Positions 36,357 to 46,727 of a stretch of 64,000 bases of DNA are shown here, one piece after another; position 1 is the first letter of the stretch; every line of letters starts with the position of its first letter. This stretch comes from a virus (Duplodnaviria; Heunggongvirae; Uroviricota; Caudoviricetes): the IMG/VR virus record IMGVR_UViG_3300042901_002340. One strand, written 5' to 3'. The translations under genes and the position numbers were made by a program. The notes under the pieces were generated by a model. That model was not told the DNA's origin. It made no database searches and saw only the letters and a program-made list of their open reading frames with translations.

Positions 36357-37622
36357 TTACTTTTTTTTATTGTTAGCTTTATCAGCCTCCATTTTAGTAA
36401 TCTGCGCATGCTTGGCTTTCTCGTGTGCTCCCTTTTTATAGAACTCCATATTTTTTAGTAATCTGTTTTGTTCATCACTCGGAAGAGTTTTAAAGAAAGG
36501 TGCAGTTATGATGGCATTGGTTTTTTCCATAGCTATTTCAGGATTTCCTATATAATGAGCTGCTAACGAGTACTCGTCAAGCAATCTCCATTGCCATATC
36601 TCTGCTTCTATGAAAAGTATATCCTGAGTCCCTCTAGTTTTTATTCCAATGTCTCCGTACGCAAAGGCAATAAGAAATCTTTTTTGCTCTCTATATTTCC
36701 TCATGGTGTGGAAAAGAGCCTCCAATCTAGATGGTCTATATTCCCAAGCTCTCGAATAAAGATTAGTAACTTCCTCTATAGGAGCACCCATTCTTTCCTT
36801 CATCTTAGCAATCATATACATGGAGTAGTAAACTTCCTCTTCCCAGCCACCCATGGCAATTCTCTTATTGTATGCTTCTATAGATTTTTCCAACTGATCA
36901 GAATCTCTGTAACTCTGAGCAAGATAAAACATATATCTGTCATTATCAGGTTCCTTTACAAGAGCTTCCTCTAATATTACTGCATCCTTTGAGTATTTTT
37001 CTTCCAATGAAGCGGCTCTCTTAAGAGGTGAGATATCAGCCATAACAAAGGCATTTGGAACGGGAGCTTGGTATATCTGCTCTTTTTTTTCATCCAGGTG
37101 CAGGTACTCATGCAGAACCCCCTTATATACCCAGTTCTGATCAGATTTAACAATCTGTGCTCTATGGTATTGAAGATTATTCAGCTTATATAAGATCTGA
37201 TAGCAATCGGGAAATTTGTCAAGCCCAGCAAAAGGATTAACATTTGGATTTTCCTGTATGAATGTATCATCCGCATCTATAATCCATCTATAGTCGCATT
37301 TACCCTTTGCTAAATTTAAACTTTCAGTTCTATTGACTTCAAAGTTTACCCAAGGTCTCTGGTGTAATTCTCCAGGAATTCCCAAGGATTCCATAGTTTT
37401 ATTGATAACCTCCAAGGTATTATCACTTGATCCTGTGTCTACGATGACCCAATATTTAATATACGGAGCAACCGCTCTAAGACATCTTTCCATAGTGTCT
37501 TCCTCGTCTTTTACAATCATAACCAGACAAAGGTCTATTACCTGAATGTTATTATGTACGGGTCTAGCTACATTAATCGGAGCAGCTACCTTTTTTTGTT
37601 TCTTTTTATTCTTAACAGCCAT
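36357..37622 (-). CDS. GT2 glycosyltransferase with TPR repeats
   Basis: LVMIVKDE, VDTGS.D.T, IIDADD, Y.GVLHE, FYLAQSY TPRs. Confidence 0.9.
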   Translation of the reverse strand: MAVKNKKKQKKVAAPINVARPVHNNIQVIDLCLVMIVKDEEDTMERCLRAVAPYIKYWVIVDTGSSDNTLEVINKTMESLGIPGELHQRPWVNFEVNRTESLNLAKGKCDYRWIIDADDTFIQENPNVNPFAGLDKFPDCYQILYKLNNLQYHRAQIVKSDQNWVYKGVLHEYLHLDEKKEQIYQAPVPNAFVMADISPLKRAASLEEKYSKDAVILEEALVKEPDNDRYMFYLAQSYRDSDQLEKSIEAYNKRIAMGGWEEEVYYSMYMIAKMKERMGAPIEEVTNLYSRAWEYRPSRLEALFHTMRKYREQKRFLIAFAYGDIGIKTRGTQDILFIEAEIWQWRLLDEYSLAAHYIGNPEIAMEKTNAIITAPFFKTLPSDEQNRLLKNMEFYKKGAHEKAKHAQITKMEADKANNKKK

Positions 37623-37655
37623 TTAAAACTTTTTAGTTATTATAGTTTAGTTATC

Positions 37656-38294
37656 CTATTTTGCTCCCTTTTTTTTCGATATTTTTATCGATTCAACTTC
37701 ACCGACCGGATCAAATTTTATATATGATGTATATTTTTCATCCAGTTCTCTTTTTATACCTCTTCTATTTCTACTTACGTTTATTAAAGGGATCTCATAT
37801 TTACTAAAGAATACGCCATCAAAAACCCAAACCTTAATATTAAAATATTTATTCTCATATAAACCGTAATCTACTGAGCCAATCTTCAAAAAAAATCTAC
37901 ATTCGAATATATGTTTACCTCTAAGATACAATTCAATAAATATCCAATTATTATCGTGTGGCGAAGATAATATATTCTGTCCGAAATTAACGCAATATAT
38001 TATTTTTTTACTATCAAGATCCAAAATCTTATACTCCAATCCAGCCAAATCAAATATAGATTTTATCAGCTCTGGTATATCATCAGCTTCGCTATATAGA
38101 TTCAGAAAGCAACTAAGCTCGCCGGATTCAAATTTTTTCTGACTTTTGATTTCTACCTCGTCATCCTCCCTTACCAATGAAGAAAAATAATCCAGAGAAT
38201 CATGTAATAGATTTCTCTGGATTATTTCTATATTCTTCTGCTGATTTACTTTTTCTTTTACCGATTTTACAAAATCCTCGCTAGATTTTTTCAT
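37656..38294 (-). CDS. hypothetical protein
   Basis: Coupled to adk. Confidence 0.7.
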   Translation of the reverse strand: MKKSSEDFVKSVKEKVNQQKNIEIIQRNLLHDSLDYFSSLVREDDEVEIKSQKKFESGELSCFLNLYSEADDIPELIKSIFDLAGLEYKILDLDSKKIIYCVNFGQNILSSPHDNNWIFIELYLRGKHIFECRFFLKIGSVDYGLYENKYFNIKVWVFDGVFFSKYEIPLINVSRNRRGIKRELDEKYTSYIKFDPVGEVESIKISKKKGAK

Positions 38295-38949
38295 CCTTTT
38301 TCTTTTTAATCACCTTAAGTCCTAATTTTTTTACTATAGATTTAAGTACGCCTTCCATACCAAGATCAGCATCGATTTTTATTAATTTTCTACTCTTCTT
38401 GTAAAAATCGATAAGTGGAAATGTCTTCTCGTTGTATTCGGCAAATCTTTTATCTATAACTTCATCACTAGCATCATCTTTTCTATTCTCCTTTTTAGCT
38501 CTATTTCTTATTCTTTCCTTAGCCTTATCCTCGGGAAGATCCATAAAAATTGCATGATTTAAACCAAGACCCAACTTACCAAGTAAAGAATCAAGTTTTC
38601 TTGCTTGCTTTATAGTTCTAGGATAACCGTCAAAAATTATACCCTTATTCAGATCAAGTTTTTTAAGCTCTTTTCTAAGCATTTTAAGCATCATCTCATC
38701 AGAAATGAACTTTCCACCTTCAACTATTTTTTTTAATTCCGGATCATCAGACTTTCTTATCAAATCGCCAGTAGAAATATGATTAATACCAAATTTCTCA
38801 TTTAATTGCTTCGATAAAGTTCCTTTACCCGATCCAGGAGCTCCTAGCATAACTAGTACATCGCCTTGAGAATCGGGAAGCTCTCTTTCATTTAAGAATT
38901 CGTCGAATTTTTTTACAACTTCATCACTAAACCATTTTTTGTTCTCCAT
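38281..38949 (-). CDS. adk: adenylate kinase (short LID) with N-terminal extension
   Basis: GAPGSGKGT, HISTGDLIR, DGYPRT, RKDD. Confidence 0.93.
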   Translation of the reverse strand: MENKKWFSDEVVKKFDEFLNERELPDSQGDVLVMLGAPGSGKGTLSKQLNEKFGINHISTGDLIRKSDDPELKKIVEGGKFISDEMMLKMLRKELKKLDLNKGIIFDGYPRTIKQARKLDSLLGKLGLGLNHAIFMDLPEDKAKERIRNRAKKENRKDDASDEVIDKRFAEYNEKTFPLIDFYKKSRKLIKIDADLGMEGVLKSIVKKLGLKVIKKKKDEKI

Positions 38950-38963
38950 TATAATTTATTTTT

Positions 38964-41456
38964 TTAAGAACCGCACATTTCACAATCTTCGGGATTGTCA
39001 AGGCTACAAGTAACTCCAGAAAGTACATCCTCAGCAGCTTTGCTTAATTCCTCACTAGTCATACCATTAATTGTTACATTAGCTGGTCTGGTTGTTTCAG
39101 TAGGAACTATCTTTGATTCAGATTCTTTCATTGAATTTTTAACTTTCTCCATATCTATACCAAGTCCTACGAGAGCATCAACTGCTGATTTAGTTCTTAG
39201 ATAGTACATTCCAGTTTTAAGTCCAGCTTTCCAGGAGTAAAAGTGGGCAGATGTTAGTTTTGCTGAATTCACATTCTCTATAAATAAATTTAAAGATTGG
39301 GATTGACATATAAATTTACCTCTTCCTGCCGACATATCTATAAGATCTTTTTGTTTTATCTCCCAAACAGTCTTATAAACTTCACGAATATTCTCAGGTA
39401 TTTGTTCTATAGCTTGAACTGATCCTTTATTCAGAACGATTAAATTCTTCATATCCTCGCTCCATAATCCTAATGAAATAAGATCTTTTACTAGATGCTT
39501 GTTTATTATTATAAACTCACCACTTAGAGTTCTTCTTGTGTATATATTCGAAGTGAATGGTTCAAATGCTTCATTGTTACCCATAATCTGTGCTGTTGAT
39601 GCAGTTGGCATCGGAGCTAACAATAAAGAATTTCTTGCTCCATTTTTTATAACATCCTTTCTAAGTTTAGCCCAATCCCATCTTCCAGATAATTGTTCAT
39701 CATTAAATCCCCACATATTGAATTGGAATTCACCCTTAGATAGAGGTGAACCCTGAAATGTCTCATATGCACCTTCTTTCTTAGCAAGTGACATCGAAGC
39801 GGACATTGAAGCAAAATATATTGTTTCAAATACTTCCTCGTTAATTCTTTTAGCTTCGGGAGAAGCAAAAGGAATACCGAGTATCGCAAATAAATCAGCA
39901 AGACCCTGAATACCTATACCTATTGGTCTATGTCTCATATTGGATTTTTTAGTCTCCGGAGTTGGGTAATAATTAACATCTATAACCTTATTAAGGTTAA
40001 GTGTTGTCTGATATGCAACATCATAAAGAGCCTGGTGATCCACCTCACATCTTCCCTTAGATATCTTAGAAGTTCTATTATCTGTGGATTTAAGAAATTT
40101 ATTGACAGGTATAGAAGCAAGGTTACAAACAGCTTGCTCGTCCTTATCAGTATATTCCATAATCTCCGTACATAGATTGGAACTTTTAATGGTACCTAAA
40201 TTTTTCTGGTTTGATTTTTTATTAGCAGCATCCTTGTATAAAATGTAGGGTGTACCATTCTCAATTTGTGCGTCGAGTATTCTAGTCCAAAGATCTCTAG
40301 CTTTCATTGTCTTCCTAGCTTTACCCGATGCTTCAGCAGCTTCGTATGCAGCTTCAAATTCGTCTCCGTATAATTCCCAAAGTCCAGGAACATCAGAAGG
40401 CGAGAATAAGCTCCAATGCTTGTCTTCCTCCACCCTTTTCATGAATAAATCAGGAGTCCATAATGCTAAGAAAAGATCTCTAGCTCTAAATTCCTCCTTA
40501 CCGTGATTTTTTCTAAGCTCTATAAAATCCTCGATATCAGAATGCCAAGGTTCAATATAGATAGCAAAAGATCCCTTTCTTTTACCCCCACCCTGATCAA
40601 CGTATCTAGCTGTTTCGTTAAAAACTTTAAGCATAGGAATTATTCCATTGGAAGTACCATTTGTACCTCTAATATAAGAACCAGTACCTCTCACGTTATG
40701 TACTGCAAGACCAATACCTCCTGCATTCTGAGATATAGCAGCAACATCAGAAAGGGTTTTATAAATACCAGGAATTGAATCATCCGACATCATCAATAGG
40801 AAGCATGAAGATAGTTGAGGTTTCTTTGTACCTGCATTAAATAATGTTGGTGTAGCGTGAGTCATCATGTGATTCGATAAGAGCTCATATGTTTTAATAA
40901 CACTCTTTATATCCTCACCCCATATTCCCGCGGCTACACGCATGTACATATGCTGTGGTGATTCGCAAACTTGACCATTGGTTTTAAGTAAATAGCTTTT
41001 TTCAAGTGTTCTAAATCCGAAATATTCAAAATCAAAATCCCTCTCGTGTATAATAGCGCCATCGAGTTTTTGCTTATTTTTCATAACAACCTCATAAGTA
41101 AGATCATTAATAAGACCAGCAGGTTCATTAGTTTCGGGATTTATATAGTCATAAAGGTCCTGTATAGTTTCGGAGAATTTCTTCTTTGTTGTTTTATGCA
41201 ATCTTGAAACTGCTATTCTTGATGCCAATATAGAATAATCAGGATGTCTAGGAATAAGGGAAGCTGCGGTTTCCGCTGTAAGGTTATCAAGCTCTTGAGT
41301 TGTTATACCATCATAAATACCTGCAATAACTTTCTGAGCTACTTCCATAGCGTCCACGTAATCGGTATTTAAACCATAGGTCATCTTTCTTATTCTATTC
41401 GATATCTTTTCAAATCTAACAGCCTCTCTCGAGCCATCTCTTTTAGTTACAAACAT
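38964..41456 (-). CDS. nrdA: ribonucleotide reductase class Ia alpha subunit
   Basis: ATP cone VTKRDG, ATPTLFNAG, QLSSCFL, SNLCTEI, MPTAST, TGMYYLR, C-terminal CEMC. Confidence 0.98.
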   Translation of the reverse strand: MFVTKRDGSREAVRFEKISNRIRKMTYGLNTDYVDAMEVAQKVIAGIYDGITTQELDNLTAETAASLIPRHPDYSILASRIAVSRLHKTTKKKFSETIQDLYDYINPETNEPAGLINDLTYEVVMKNKQKLDGAIIHERDFDFEYFGFRTLEKSYLLKTNGQVCESPQHMYMRVAAGIWGEDIKSVIKTYELLSNHMMTHATPTLFNAGTKKPQLSSCFLLMMSDDSIPGIYKTLSDVAAISQNAGGIGLAVHNVRGTGSYIRGTNGTSNGIIPMLKVFNETARYVDQGGGKRKGSFAIYIEPWHSDIEDFIELRKNHGKEEFRARDLFLALWTPDLFMKRVEEDKHWSLFSPSDVPGLWELYGDEFEAAYEAAEASGKARKTMKARDLWTRILDAQIENGTPYILYKDAANKKSNQKNLGTIKSSNLCTEIMEYTDKDEQAVCNLASIPVNKFLKSTDNRTSKISKGRCEVDHQALYDVAYQTTLNLNKVIDVNYYPTPETKKSNMRHRPIGIGIQGLADLFAILGIPFASPEAKRINEEVFETIYFASMSASMSLAKKEGAYETFQGSPLSKGEFQFNMWGFNDEQLSGRWDWAKLRKDVIKNGARNSLLLAPMPTASTAQIMGNNEAFEPFTSNIYTRRTLSGEFIIINKHLVKDLISLGLWSEDMKNLIVLNKGSVQAIEQIPENIREVYKTVWEIKQKDLIDMSAGRGKFICQSQSLNLFIENVNSAKLTSAHFYSWKAGLKTGMYYLRTKSAVDALVGLGIDMEKVKNSMKESESKIVPTETTRPANVTINGMTSEELSKAAEDVLSGVTCSLDNPEDCEMCGS

Positions 41457-41482
41457 ATTTTAGGTTAATTTTTTTTTAATTT

Positions 41483-42466
41483 TTAAAAGTCATCATTCAT
41501 TTCGAACGTATCTGAATTCTTATTCATTATACCAGATTTCTGATATTCACCAGTTCTTTTTTCGAAGAAATTAGTTTTTCCTTGTAAAGCAATATTCTCC
41601 ATGAAGTCAAAAGGACATGTGGAATTATAAACTTTTGAACAACCTAGATCAACCAATAGTCTATCTGCAACGAACTCGAGATATTGTTTCATAAGATCTT
41701 GGTTCATACCAATCAATCTAACAGGAAGAGATTCTGTTATAAATTCTTTCTCTATTTCTAATGCACTAGTTATTATCTCCTTTATTCTTTCCTCCGAAAC
41801 TTTATTAGCTAGGTGTTCATTGTGCAGTAATACCGCAAAATCACAATGCATACCTTCATCTCTAGAGATCAACTCATTGGAGAAACATAGACCAGGTAAT
41901 AAACCTCTCTTCTTCATCCAAAATATGGAGCAGAAAGAACCACTAAAGAATATACCCTCTACAGCAGCAAATGCAATAAGTCTCTCCTGGAAGCTTGCAT
42001 TAGATATCCAATTTAGAGCCCATTCGGCTTTCTTCTTAACTGCAGGGATCGTGTCAATCGCATTAAACAATCTATCCTTCTCAGCTGGATCCTGGATATA
42101 GGTATCAATAAGCAAAGAATAAGTTTCAGAATGGATATTCTCCATCATTATCTGAAACCCATAGAAAAATTTAGCTTCAGCATATTGAACCTCTCCAACA
42201 AAGTTTTCAGCAAGATTCTCATTAACGATACCATCTGATGCAGCAAAGAAAGCTAGCACATTCTTGATAAAGTATCTTTCATCGTCATTTAGTTTGTTTC
42301 TCCAGTCATTAAGATCCGCAGAAAGATCTATCTCCTCCGCTGTCCATATACAGGCTTCTTGTTCCTTATATCTGTTCCATATATCATGGTGTTCTATCGG
42401 AAAAATGACGAATCTGCCTGGGTTATTCGCCAAAATTGGTTCTGGTAAAGAGTATCTTCCTTCCAT
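41483..42466 (-). CDS. nrdB: ribonucleotide reductase class Ia beta subunit
   Basis: [52 protein letters not shown]. Confidence 0.98.
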   Translation of the reverse strand: MEGRYSLPEPILANNPGRFVIFPIEHHDIWNRYKEQEACIWTAEEIDLSADLNDWRNKLNDDERYFIKNVLAFFAASDGIVNENLAENFVGEVQYAEAKFFYGFQIMMENIHSETYSLLIDTYIQDPAEKDRLFNAIDTIPAVKKKAEWALNWISNASFQERLIAFAAVEGIFFSGSFCSIFWMKKRGLLPGLCFSNELISRDEGMHCDFAVLLHNEHLANKVSEERIKEIITSALEIEKEFITESLPVRLIGMNQDLMKQYLEFVADRLLVDLGCSKVYNSTCPFDFMENIALQGKTNFFEKRTGEYQKSGIMNKNSDTFEMNDDF

Positions 42467-42480
42467 TGTTTTAGTTTTTT

Positions 42481-42948
42481 TTAATAATTGTTTTGTTGTC
42501 TTCTCCTGTTTTCCAGGTTTTTGCTCATGTACATATTGTACATTTCAGATGGCGTCATGCCTATAGATATTGCATAATTCATAAAGAAATGAAGCATATC
42601 TATTACTTCAAATTTACATTCAAGTTGATCGTTTTGTGAAAGATCCGAGAATTTTTTCGCTCCATAAGTATCATAAGCGGATTTCCATTTTTTCCAGATC
42701 GCATTACCGTTACCATCCTTGATTCCACCCAGTGCATCGGTTGCTTCATGAATCTCATCTACCATTGCGTGAGTATTCATATGCCAAAATCCCATAACAT
42801 CCCGGAGTGTCATTTCTTCAAAGTTATAACCATAAACATTTTTCTGCGTGTCAGCCTGTAAATTCAGTATGTCCCCAAGAGTGTCACTACTTTTTGAATA
42901 GAGATCTTCTATATTTAACTCAGAGCAACTGTTGTCAATGTTAGCCAT
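42481..42948 (-). CDS. dCTPase/dUTPase, T4 gp56-like (all-alpha)
   Basis: DE..E...ALG, WKKWK, DQLE.KFE.ID..HF..N, Y..KN..N..RQ...Y as in gp56. Confidence 0.88.
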   Translation of the reverse strand: MANIDNSCSELNIEDLYSKSSDTLGDILNLQADTQKNVYGYNFEEMTLRDVMGFWHMNTHAMVDEIHEATDALGGIKDGNGNAIWKKWKSAYDTYGAKKFSDLSQNDQLECKFEVIDMLHFFMNYAISIGMTPSEMYNMYMSKNLENRRRQQNNY

Positions 42949-43009
42949 TTTTATTTAGTTTTTGTTAATTTTTAATTCTCATTACTAGACTCTAGATCTC
43001 CCTGGGTTT

Positions 43010-43019
43010 TTATATATCA
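43010..43019 (-). promoter_or_regulatory. putative late promoter TGATATATAA, in the loop of a long hairpin
   Basis: Recurrent motif. Confidence 0.55.
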
Positions 43020-43050
43020 ACCAGGATTCGGATCTATCGAGAGTAATACG

Positions 43051-44457
43051 TTAATTTTTTGCTTTCTCTAATTGTTTTTTTAAAACATCAATTTCTAGCT
43101 CTAATTCAAGCATTTTATCCTTGGTTTTTCTTCTCCTCGAATATAGATCCTTGATTATTATTTTAAGTATTGGGTTTTCGTCATCATTACCAAAGTAAGC
43201 TCCAGAAGCGCACTTTATCCAAGAATCCTTGGGATTCAATAGATTCTTTCCTTTATATGATTCTGGAGAAATTCCCCACTGAACCATGGCGTTAGGATAC
43301 AGAGAAGCAAAGTCATAACATGCTACCCAACCATGTAATCCCTTTATTGGGTCCTTAACATAACCACCAGCAAATTTAACATGTACCTCCTCTTTTTTCT
43401 CAGCAGTAAGAACCTGTTTTCTTTCAAGAAACTTTTTCATCATCATAACCTCAGTTGACCAGACAGGAGAAAGACATCTGTTTATTTCAACTCCCGATAT
43501 CATGGCAATCTTAAAGAAAGTTTGCATGGTCTTAAGTTTCTGGTCTATGTAATGTACAAGAGCACAATCGACAGCATTATAGTAGATAAAATCCTCGAAA
43601 TTAGATTGGTATAAATCTCTAAGTGTTCCATCATAAGCTATTTTTTTAAAACCAACCGCTTTTTCTGCAACATAATCAAGTCTATTACTTTCCTTAATCT
43701 TAATAACTCTATCCCATTTTTTATAGATTTCCAAATAGTCAAACATCAGAAGATGCTGTGGTAATTGTCCCTTTCCTATAAGTGTTTTTCCCGGAGAGAT
43801 AATCTTAGGATCTATACCGAGTCTTTTAGCTCTATTCAATAGATAGGGCCAGTCATACCCAAGCCAGTTCCATCCGGTCATTGTTGCCATCTTGGGACCA
43901 AGTTCTCTAAAGAATGTGTACATCATATCGTACTCGGTTTCAAATTGTTTATATTTGAAACTCCATTCGTCACCGGTTTTTTCGAAGTATTTGTTTATTT
44001 TATCATAGATACTTCCCTGCTGTTCAGGGGTTAGTGGATCAAGACCAAGAATTAATATCTTTCTTTTATCTGTTCCTATACCTATGGAGAGTACCCTATT
44101 TTTAGCATTTTCCGTATCAAGTGATGCTGCCTTGTCTTCCGTTATCTCAACCTCTATATCGACAAAGTATTTCTTAGGTTCTTGATATTCCCATAATGGT
44201 TTAGTTAATTCTTCAGGTGCTTCTATTAGGATCTGTGCCATCCTATATTTGTCATATCTCTCGGTCTTCACCTTTTTTATTGGTTCGCCCTTCCAGTTTG
44301 CCCATTCCTTATCTCTTTTGGGATCCCCTGGATTGCATCTTTCCCAATTAAATCTTTCTTCCTCGGGTATCGGAACACGAAGGAATGCAAGTTCCCCTTC
44401 GGGACCAAAGTGAGATACATTTAAGTAGCTTCCTTTATTCTCTATATCAATAATCAT
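43051..44457 (-). CDS. family B DNA polymerase, N-terminal subunit (exonuclease + motif A; gp43A-like)
   Basis: ExoI DIEVE, ExoII GWN...YD.PYL, ExoIII YN..D, GGYV, YDFASLYP; ends in the first fingers helix. Confidence 0.92.
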   Translation of the reverse strand: MIIDIENKGSYLNVSHFGPEGELAFLRVPIPEEERFNWERCNPGDPKRDKEWANWKGEPIKKVKTERYDKYRMAQILIEAPEELTKPLWEYQEPKKYFVDIEVEITEDKAASLDTENAKNRVLSIGIGTDKRKILILGLDPLTPEQQGSIYDKINKYFEKTGDEWSFKYKQFETEYDMMYTFFRELGPKMATMTGWNWLGYDWPYLLNRAKRLGIDPKIISPGKTLIGKGQLPQHLLMFDYLEIYKKWDRVIKIKESNRLDYVAEKAVGFKKIAYDGTLRDLYQSNFEDFIYYNAVDCALVHYIDQKLKTMQTFFKIAMISGVEINRCLSPVWSTEVMMMKKFLERKQVLTAEKKEEVHVKFAGGYVKDPIKGLHGWVACYDFASLYPNAMVQWGISPESYKGKNLLNPKDSWIKCASGAYFGNDDENPILKIIIKDLYSRRRKTKDKMLELELEIDVLKKQLEKAKN

Positions 44458-44511
44458 CCAGAAATATTTTAATGTATATGTTTTACACCATAATAAACTT
44501 ATGTTCCGGTC

Positions 44512-44521
44512 AGATATATAA
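44512..44521 (+). promoter_or_regulatory. putative late promoter AGATATATAA
   Basis: Recurrent motif, 5 nt before the ATG. Confidence 0.6.
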
Positions 44522-44526
44522 ATAAT

Positions 44527-44832
44527 ATGAAAAATTTAAAAAAATTTGAGGGTTTTATTAATGAGTGGTTGGATTCACCAGGAAGTATCGATGTTCCAGG
44601 CCAATCTTACGAGACCCGAGTAAACAGAAGAAATTATCAAACTGCAGATCCAACAATGCCCGAAACAATAGATGCAATGTATGAAGCAGCTTACTTCCAT
44701 GATTTTCTTGACGAAAGTGGAAAATCTGAAGAATTTAATAAATTTCTAGACGGAGAAAAAAAGACAGGTTCTGATATAACAGAATATCTAAAAACCGCAT
44801 TTCAGAAAAAAAATTCAAAAAAGGAATCATAA
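44527..44832 (+). CDS. putative head-internal protein
   Basis: MKNLKKFEGFINE. Confidence 0.75.
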   Translation: MKNLKKFEGFINEWLDSPGSIDVPGQSYETRVNRRNYQTADPTMPETIDAMYEAAYFHDFLDESGKSEEFNKFLDGEKKTGSDITEYLKTAFQKKNSKKES

Positions 44833-45815
44833 TGAGGAACGTACAAAAATTCAATGGTTGGGTAAACGAAGCAAGATTAACCATAAATGTTGACGTCGAA
44901 GAAATTGAGAAAATATACAAACCAGAAAATATAGTTTTTCCTAGTTTATTATTAAAATATTTCGACAATGTAAAAATAGAAGAGATCAAAAAAAATTGTG
45001 CGGATCTTCTCGCAAAAGAATATGATAATAGACTTAACGAGGAACTTAAATGGTTAAAATTTCCAGACAAAGTAGCAACTGGCTATCCCATAATGGAGGC
45101 ACATTTCAAATTTATGGGTAAATTTTATCCCCTCAACGTCGATGTTCCTGCAAATCTAAAAACTGAACAGAAAGGAAAAGAAGGAAATCAGATTTATATA
45201 CCAATAATAGAAAACATCGCAAGAAGTATAAGAATTTTCAAAGACGATGAATCACATGAGGATATTAACAAATCAATAGAATTTCATGCAGGATTAAGTA
45301 AGGTAAAATATGACGAGGAGAAGCTTAAATATATCATAACAAAGCCTAAGGACAACTACGATTATAAAATAGTTATTCAAACGGACGGTAGTGTTCTTAC
45401 AGAGGAGGAATCGAAAAAAGTACCAAAAGAAAATATAGGTATGGATAACTCCAAAATAAAAACATACAACCTTAAACAGGGTAAACCTATAAAATTCGCT
45501 TCAAAATTAGGTGAAGATGGGTTTATTACAGGTAAAGTTTTTAGAATTATAAACAAAAAATTTAAAAAGTTCGGTAGAAGTGATAATTGGGCCATCTTTG
45601 ACGACCACATAGAGATGGATCTTGAATTCGAGAGGGACGGAAAAAACCTAAAGGTTCATAAAACTTTTAAACCGGGCGACATAATTTATTTACCTCTTGG
45701 TGAAAATAAGAAATTTATAAGATGCGAGGTTGCAAAACCTTTCTATGTTGCAAACCCAGTACTTAAAGAACCAATAAATCTAAGGGTAAAAATATCAAAA
45801 CAGGACAGCATCTAA
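44832..45815 (+). CDS. putative head-internal protein
   Basis: MRNVQKFNGWVNE; TAATG coupling. Confidence 0.75.
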   Translation: MRNVQKFNGWVNEARLTINVDVEEIEKIYKPENIVFPSLLLKYFDNVKIEEIKKNCADLLAKEYDNRLNEELKWLKFPDKVATGYPIMEAHFKFMGKFYPLNVDVPANLKTEQKGKEGNQIYIPIIENIARSIRIFKDDESHEDINKSIEFHAGLSKVKYDEEKLKYIITKPKDNYDYKIVIQTDGSVLTEEESKKVPKENIGMDNSKIKTYNLKQGKPIKFASKLGEDGFITGKVFRIINKKFKKFGRSDNWAIFDDHIEMDLEFERDGKNLKVHKTFKPGDIIYLPLGENKKFIRCEVAKPFYVANPVLKEPINLRVKISKQDSI

Positions 45816-46184
45816 GTAAGCTCTAAGTTTGCTATCAGTTGGCTTTATATCGAGATTACCATTAACAAATATCTCCCAGGATTCATTACCATATATTCCT
45901 ATTCCTGGTAGTTCGGTAACTCGGGTAAAGCCTTCTTTGTATCCCTTGCTCATATCTACTATCCTTCTAGCCTTCATGTTATACAAGCCTGTTGTTTTTA
46001 TGATCGCTGCTAGACGTTCAACGTCGCAATTGATTGCAGAATGGTAATCAGGAATAAGATCAAATACGGCGTCTAAAATCGGTCGTACAGATTTATTATG
46101 GGTCTGGTTTAGAAGTATACAACAAACTAGCATCTTCCATGGATCATTAGGATAATTCTCTTGTATTAGTATTTCTCTGGTCAT
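45795..46184 (-). CDS. MBD4-like HhH DNA glycosylase
   Basis: DPWK.LV..ILLN.T, LPGIG.YG..S..IF, P.D.KL. Confidence 0.85.
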   Translation of the reverse strand: MTREILIQENYPNDPWKMLVCCILLNQTHNKSVRPILDAVFDLIPDYHSAINCDVERLAAIIKTTGLYNMKARRIVDMSKGYKEGFTRVTELPGIGIYGNESWEIFVNGNLDIKPTDSKLRAYLDAVLF

Positions 46185-46228
46185 CTTTTTAAAATTTTAT
46201 CGCAATTTAAAAAATATTTCCGGATAAA

Positions 46229-46254
46229 AAAAATCTCCAGATTGGGAGATTTTT
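46229..46254. terminator. rho-independent terminator
   Basis: AAAATCTCC-AGATTG-GGAGATTTT. Confidence 0.75.
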
Positions 46255-46726
46255 ATTTTTTCTTTTTCTTTCTATTTCTATCAACGAATTCCTTATATGA
46301 AATCATCTTCTTTTTGCCCTTTCCTTTTTTATTAGCTGCTCCCGTTCCAACAGTCAACGTGCTAAATTTGTCACCACTTCCGTTCTTTGAGTTATCATAG
46401 AAACCGGAATTTGTACCACCATTAGTAGGGGATATTGGATTTCCCATGCCACCAACATTATCTAGTGTTGCAAGTCCAGCGGCAGGAGGAGCCGATCCAC
46501 CATCCATATCCTCATCTAGTTTCTGTAAGGTAAACCCCTTGCCTTTAAGATAATCCTTTAGTTGCCATTTCTCAACACAGTAATCATTTTGGTCCAACCA
46601 ATTTTCTACACAATTACACGATTCATTACAATTACAACCATTAACGCAGGAGTCAATATTTTTTCTTTCATCTTCAATACAAACTAGATTTCTACCATTT
46701 GTACTATTACCTGTCGGATAAAACAT
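46253..46726 (-). CDS. hypothetical protein (Cys cluster, Gly-rich)
   Basis: C-terminal KMISYKEF motif. Confidence 0.7.
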   Translation of the reverse strand: MFYPTGNSTNGRNLVCIEDERKNIDSCVNGCNCNESCNCVENWLDQNDYCVEKWQLKDYLKGKGFTLQKLDEDMDGGSAPPAAGLATLDNVGGMGNPISPTNGGTNSGFYDNSKNGSGDKFSTLTVGTGAANKKGKGKKKMISYKEFVDRNRKKKKK

Positions 46727-46727
46727 A

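Noticed and set aside
2670-42466. Group I introns in thyA, nrdA or nrdB
   Set aside because: All three reading frames are continuous with complete motif sets.
27578-44457. Split intein joining the two polymerase halves
   Set aside because: Neither terminus has intein block A/B or a C-terminal (H/S)N-C/S/T signature.
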